9,850 nt of DNA from Octopus sinensis (lineage: Eukaryota), in NCBI RefSeq assembly GCF_006345805.1, contig NW_021827842.1, positions 1 through 9,850 on the forward strand, written 5' to 3'. The notes under the pieces were generated by a model. It searched no databases. It was not told the origin of the DNA and saw only the letters and a program-made list of their open reading frames with translations. The position numbers and the translations under genes were made by a program. Below, piece by piece: positions 8,703 to 9,850 of the stretch. Numbering within the stretch: position 1 is the stretch's first letter; every line of letters starts with the position of its first letter.

Positions 8703-9213
8703 GTCAGCATATATTAATATTTCGCTTAGTCATAGCAAGACTAACAACCTAGTGTAGAACTCAATACATGGTATTATCCAGAACACAATGTTGAGGTAAC
8801 ATGCAGTTTACCTGTTACACTCGCTCAATAGGAAAAACCTTATACCTAAAAGTCTGCCACATACATCATCACCAAACCATTCTGGTATCCATATGGGAGG
8901 CTGCTTGAAAGGACTTTAGGGGCCACAGGACATTGTGCAGCCCCAGTGGCATCTTCGGCAAGGTTTCTTCCATACTTTCATACCCTACTGAGTATATGAT
9001 GCTTTGAGATGGAGTAGACAATCCCACACAAGGACAGAAGGGGTGGTCACCACTAACATAGCAGACAACATGCATCACTTCAGAGGGGATCAAGGTTTCT
9101 GTCAGCAACAGAGAGGCACGATGGGTGTAAGTTTATCCATGTATACGAACATAGACATATGGTATAGACGCACATGGGATACATATATGCATACACATAG
9201 AATCATAAGCATA

Positions 9214-9255
<42 letters not shown>

Positions 9256-9331
9256 TGCAGCGTGGAAGGTGTTTATAAGCCATTTAAGAAACACACAAAA
9301 GCCGTTCGATTCCGTTCAACATTTAGTTTAA

Positions 9332-9381
9332 TTTGTCAAAATATTTTCGTCGCTAAAATCCGCGACCTGTTCACTGACAAA
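9332..9381 (-). ncRNA. Putative minimal type I hammerhead ribozyme, variant core (intact stems)
   Basis: UUUGUCA-GUGAACA-G-GUCGC-ggauuuua-GCGAC-GAA-AAUAUU-U-UGACAAA: 7-bp stem I, core with G3/C8, 5-bp stem II, GAAA, palindromic stem III, UH site, then stem I partner. Confidence 0.65.
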
Positions 9382-9398
9382 GTCCGTGCAGCACGGAC

Positions 9399-9448
9399 TT
9401 TTTCAGTGAACAGGTCGCGGATTTTAGCGCCGAAAATATTTTGACAAA
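9399..9448 (+). ncRNA. Second copy of the hammerhead-like motif, with one mismatch in stem I and one in stem II
   Basis: UUUUUCA-GUGAACA-G-GUCGC-ggauuuua-GCGCC-GAA-AAUAUU-U-UGACAAA. Confidence 0.5.
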
Positions 9449-9586
9449 TTAAACTTAAATGTGAACGGAATCGAACGGCTTTTGTGTGTTTCTTAAATGG
9501 CTATAAACACCTTCCACGCTGCAATTGTTTTCGATTCAGCACACGATCTCAGATCAAATTACTTGCTATGCGAGTACATCTCCGTA

Positions 9587-9594
9587 ATATATTA

Positions 9595-9625
<31 letters not shown>

Positions 9626-9850
9626 ATTATATATATGTACAATTTATATGTGTGTGTGTGTGTATATATATATATGATAAGGTATATATGATGTAAAAGG
9701 GAAAAACAGGAGTAAAAATATGAGTAAATGTACACCTTTTCATATATAAATATATATATATATATGTATTTATATATATATATAATATATACCTATGATT
9801 ATATACTGCTGTATAAATGTATATATACACACACACCTATGCATATTATA
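9587..9850. repeat. TA-rich low-complexity/microsatellite tract
   Basis: Interrupted (TA)n, (TG)n and (CA)n runs. Confidence 0.9.

Larger units (their letters stand above)
9251..9586 (+). mobile_element. Non-autonomous Penelope-like element remnant: inverted pseudo-LTR pair (palindrome 9251-9528) plus ~58-bp unpaired 3' tail, inserted in (TA)n
   Basis: Arms 9251-9389 and 9391-9528 are reverse complements with a 1-nt spacer (A9390) and 5 differences (3 single-base indels, 2 substitutions). The extension 9529-9586 is on one side only. (TA)n on both flanks, CpG-rich, and a hammerhead-like motif in each arm. The palindrome is certain; the PLE assignment is inference. Confidence 0.7.

Noticed and set aside
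8803-8855. Minus-strand mini-exon (donor-like cag|gtaaac)
   Set aside because: The acceptor has a poor pyrimidine tract and there is no other support.
9004-9444. 146-aa ORF
   Set aside because: It runs through an (AT)n microsatellite (IYIYIY) and the palindrome, with no recognisable domain.
9251-9528. MITE/DNA transposon with long TIRs, or a fold-back sequencing artefact
   Set aside because: Less favoured rather than excluded. The one-sided tail and hammerhead motif fit a Penelope-like origin, and mirror symmetry stops at the arm ends, unlike a fold-back read. The homopolymer indels between arms could still be sequencing errors.

Overview
AT-rich, microsatellite-dense eukaryotic non-coding DNA, probably intronic. 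The SINE/LINE families look like those of coleoid cephalopods, most likely Octopus (recognition from memory, not a database result). No complete protein-coding gene is supported, and nearly all ORF-track entries are by-products of repeats. The window holds: (i) several decayed RTE-clade LINE pieces (APE endonuclease end, RT end plus Cys-rich insert, ORF2 C-terminus, 3'UTR and (GAT)n tail); (ii) tRNA-derived SINEs of at least two families; (iii) a ~610-bp 16/13-bp minisatellite with a ~151-bp higher-order period; (iv) one good and one weaker candidate spliceosomal exon on the minus strand; (v) a 278-bp near-perfect palindrome (9251-9528) with a one-sided tail, inserted in (TA)n. Each palindrome arm carries a fold matching a minimal type I hammerhead ribozyme with a non-canonical core (GUGAACA instead of CUGANGA, i.e. 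a swapped 3-8 base pair) and a palindromic stem III, as expected for a Penelope-like pseudo-LTR. This is the most interesting signal.
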